Assembly: GCF_006345805.1 (NCBI RefSeq)
Contig: NC_043016.1
Location: 29,326,001 to 29,390,000 of the forward strand
Origin: Octopus sinensis
Taxonomy: Eukaryota
Reading direction: 5' to 3'
Length of the DNA stretch: 64,000 nucleotides
Each line of letters opens with the position of its first letter. The first letter of the stretch is position 1. Below, one piece after another: positions 63,110 through 64,000 of the stretch. The position numbers and the translations under genes are program-made. The notes below the pieces were generated by a model. That model made no database searches. It had not been told where the DNA came from and worked only from the letters and a program-made list of their open reading frames with translations.

Positions 63110-63344
63110 TGAAGGAAGCTGACAACCAGAGTGTCAAGGAACTTCCACTCCCTGGAACATACTATTATAAAGGGTCAATGAAGAGTGGAGAAGGGGACAT
63201 GCAGATTGCAAAAAGGGAAGAAAGACCAGAAGAAAAGTGAAAATCCCAAATGAAGATGTTTGGGATCCAAGAGGAAGAACCCATGGCAGGAGATTTACTG
63301 GTGCTTGTGAGTGTGAGAGTGAGTGTATGTATATATGTATGTGT

Positions 63345-63378
<34 letters not shown>

Positions 63379-63581
63379 GTTCTGTTGTGTCTGAGGAGAG
63401 TTCATTCTCTTTTGGTGCCTTATAATTTAACACACTCACCGGTAAAATTTCCACTTATTTCTTTTTTATTTTTCTGAAATTTTCATTGCGTTTCGCAACC
63501 TTCTCAATAGTTTTGACACAACAGAATATGCTTCAACACATGAACTCACATAAAGAATATTGCAAACCAAATCCAAAAACG

Positions 63582-63623
<42 letters not shown>

Positions 63624-64000
63624 GTGCATGCATGTATATATGTATGCATGTATGTGTGTATGTGTATGTGCATGCATGTATGTGTATATGTATGTATGTA
63701 TGTATATATATATGTATTCAGTTTTATTTCACGATTTCTTACCAATAGAGAAAAAGCTGGTTTCTAACTTAGGTCCAAGGGTCTTTCATTGGAATTTAAA
63801 CATCAACAACAGGGTATTTTTGTTTGTATGCATGTATATGTGCAGATTTGTATGTTTTATTTTATGCCTGCATTCTCATGCATATAGTTGCATATCTAGA
63901 CATGCTCATATATATTTAAATGATAAACTTCAGGAAAGTTTTACAGATTTTTACAGTTCCAGTGATGGATTGGATCTGTAGTCTTCAAATTAGCTTTCTC

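Noticed and set aside
62956-63240. 94-aa ORF
   Set aside because: The first half is MITE sequence and the rest has no recognisable motif.

Overview
Eukaryotic, AT-rich, repeat-saturated DNA. The mix of tRNA-headed SINEs, microsatellites and RTE/CR1/R4 LINE relics resembles what I recall of Octopus (coleoid cephalopod) genomes; this is not verified by any search. I found no convincing host protein-coding exon, tRNA or rRNA gene, or CRISPR array, so the window looks intronic or intergenic. Contents: (i) three tRNA-derived SINE groups, here called SINE-A (head GGCGCAGGAGTGGCTGTGTGG, internal TA/TG microsatellite), SINE-B (head GGCGGCGAGCTGGCAGAA) and SINE-C (head GG(A)GGCRCATGGCYTAGTGGTTAG); (ii) LINE relics: R4/Dong-type RLE elements in (TAA)n, an RTE family whose 3' UTR carries a ~61-bp VNTR, and a young CR1/L2-type RT; (iii) Helitron/Helentron pieces, Tc1 and mariner transposase relics, and MITEs; (iv) several minimal hammerhead-ribozyme-like motifs of the Penelope type; (v) dense microsatellites and a 100-N gap. 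The most interesting pattern: two young SINE-B subfamilies differ by one diagnostic base near the 3' end, and each has its own target-site start (GGTAT vs AGAA). Both motifs also occur in the SINE's own head, and self-nested or concatemeric copies are present. Many boundaries are approximate (about +/-10-30 bp).
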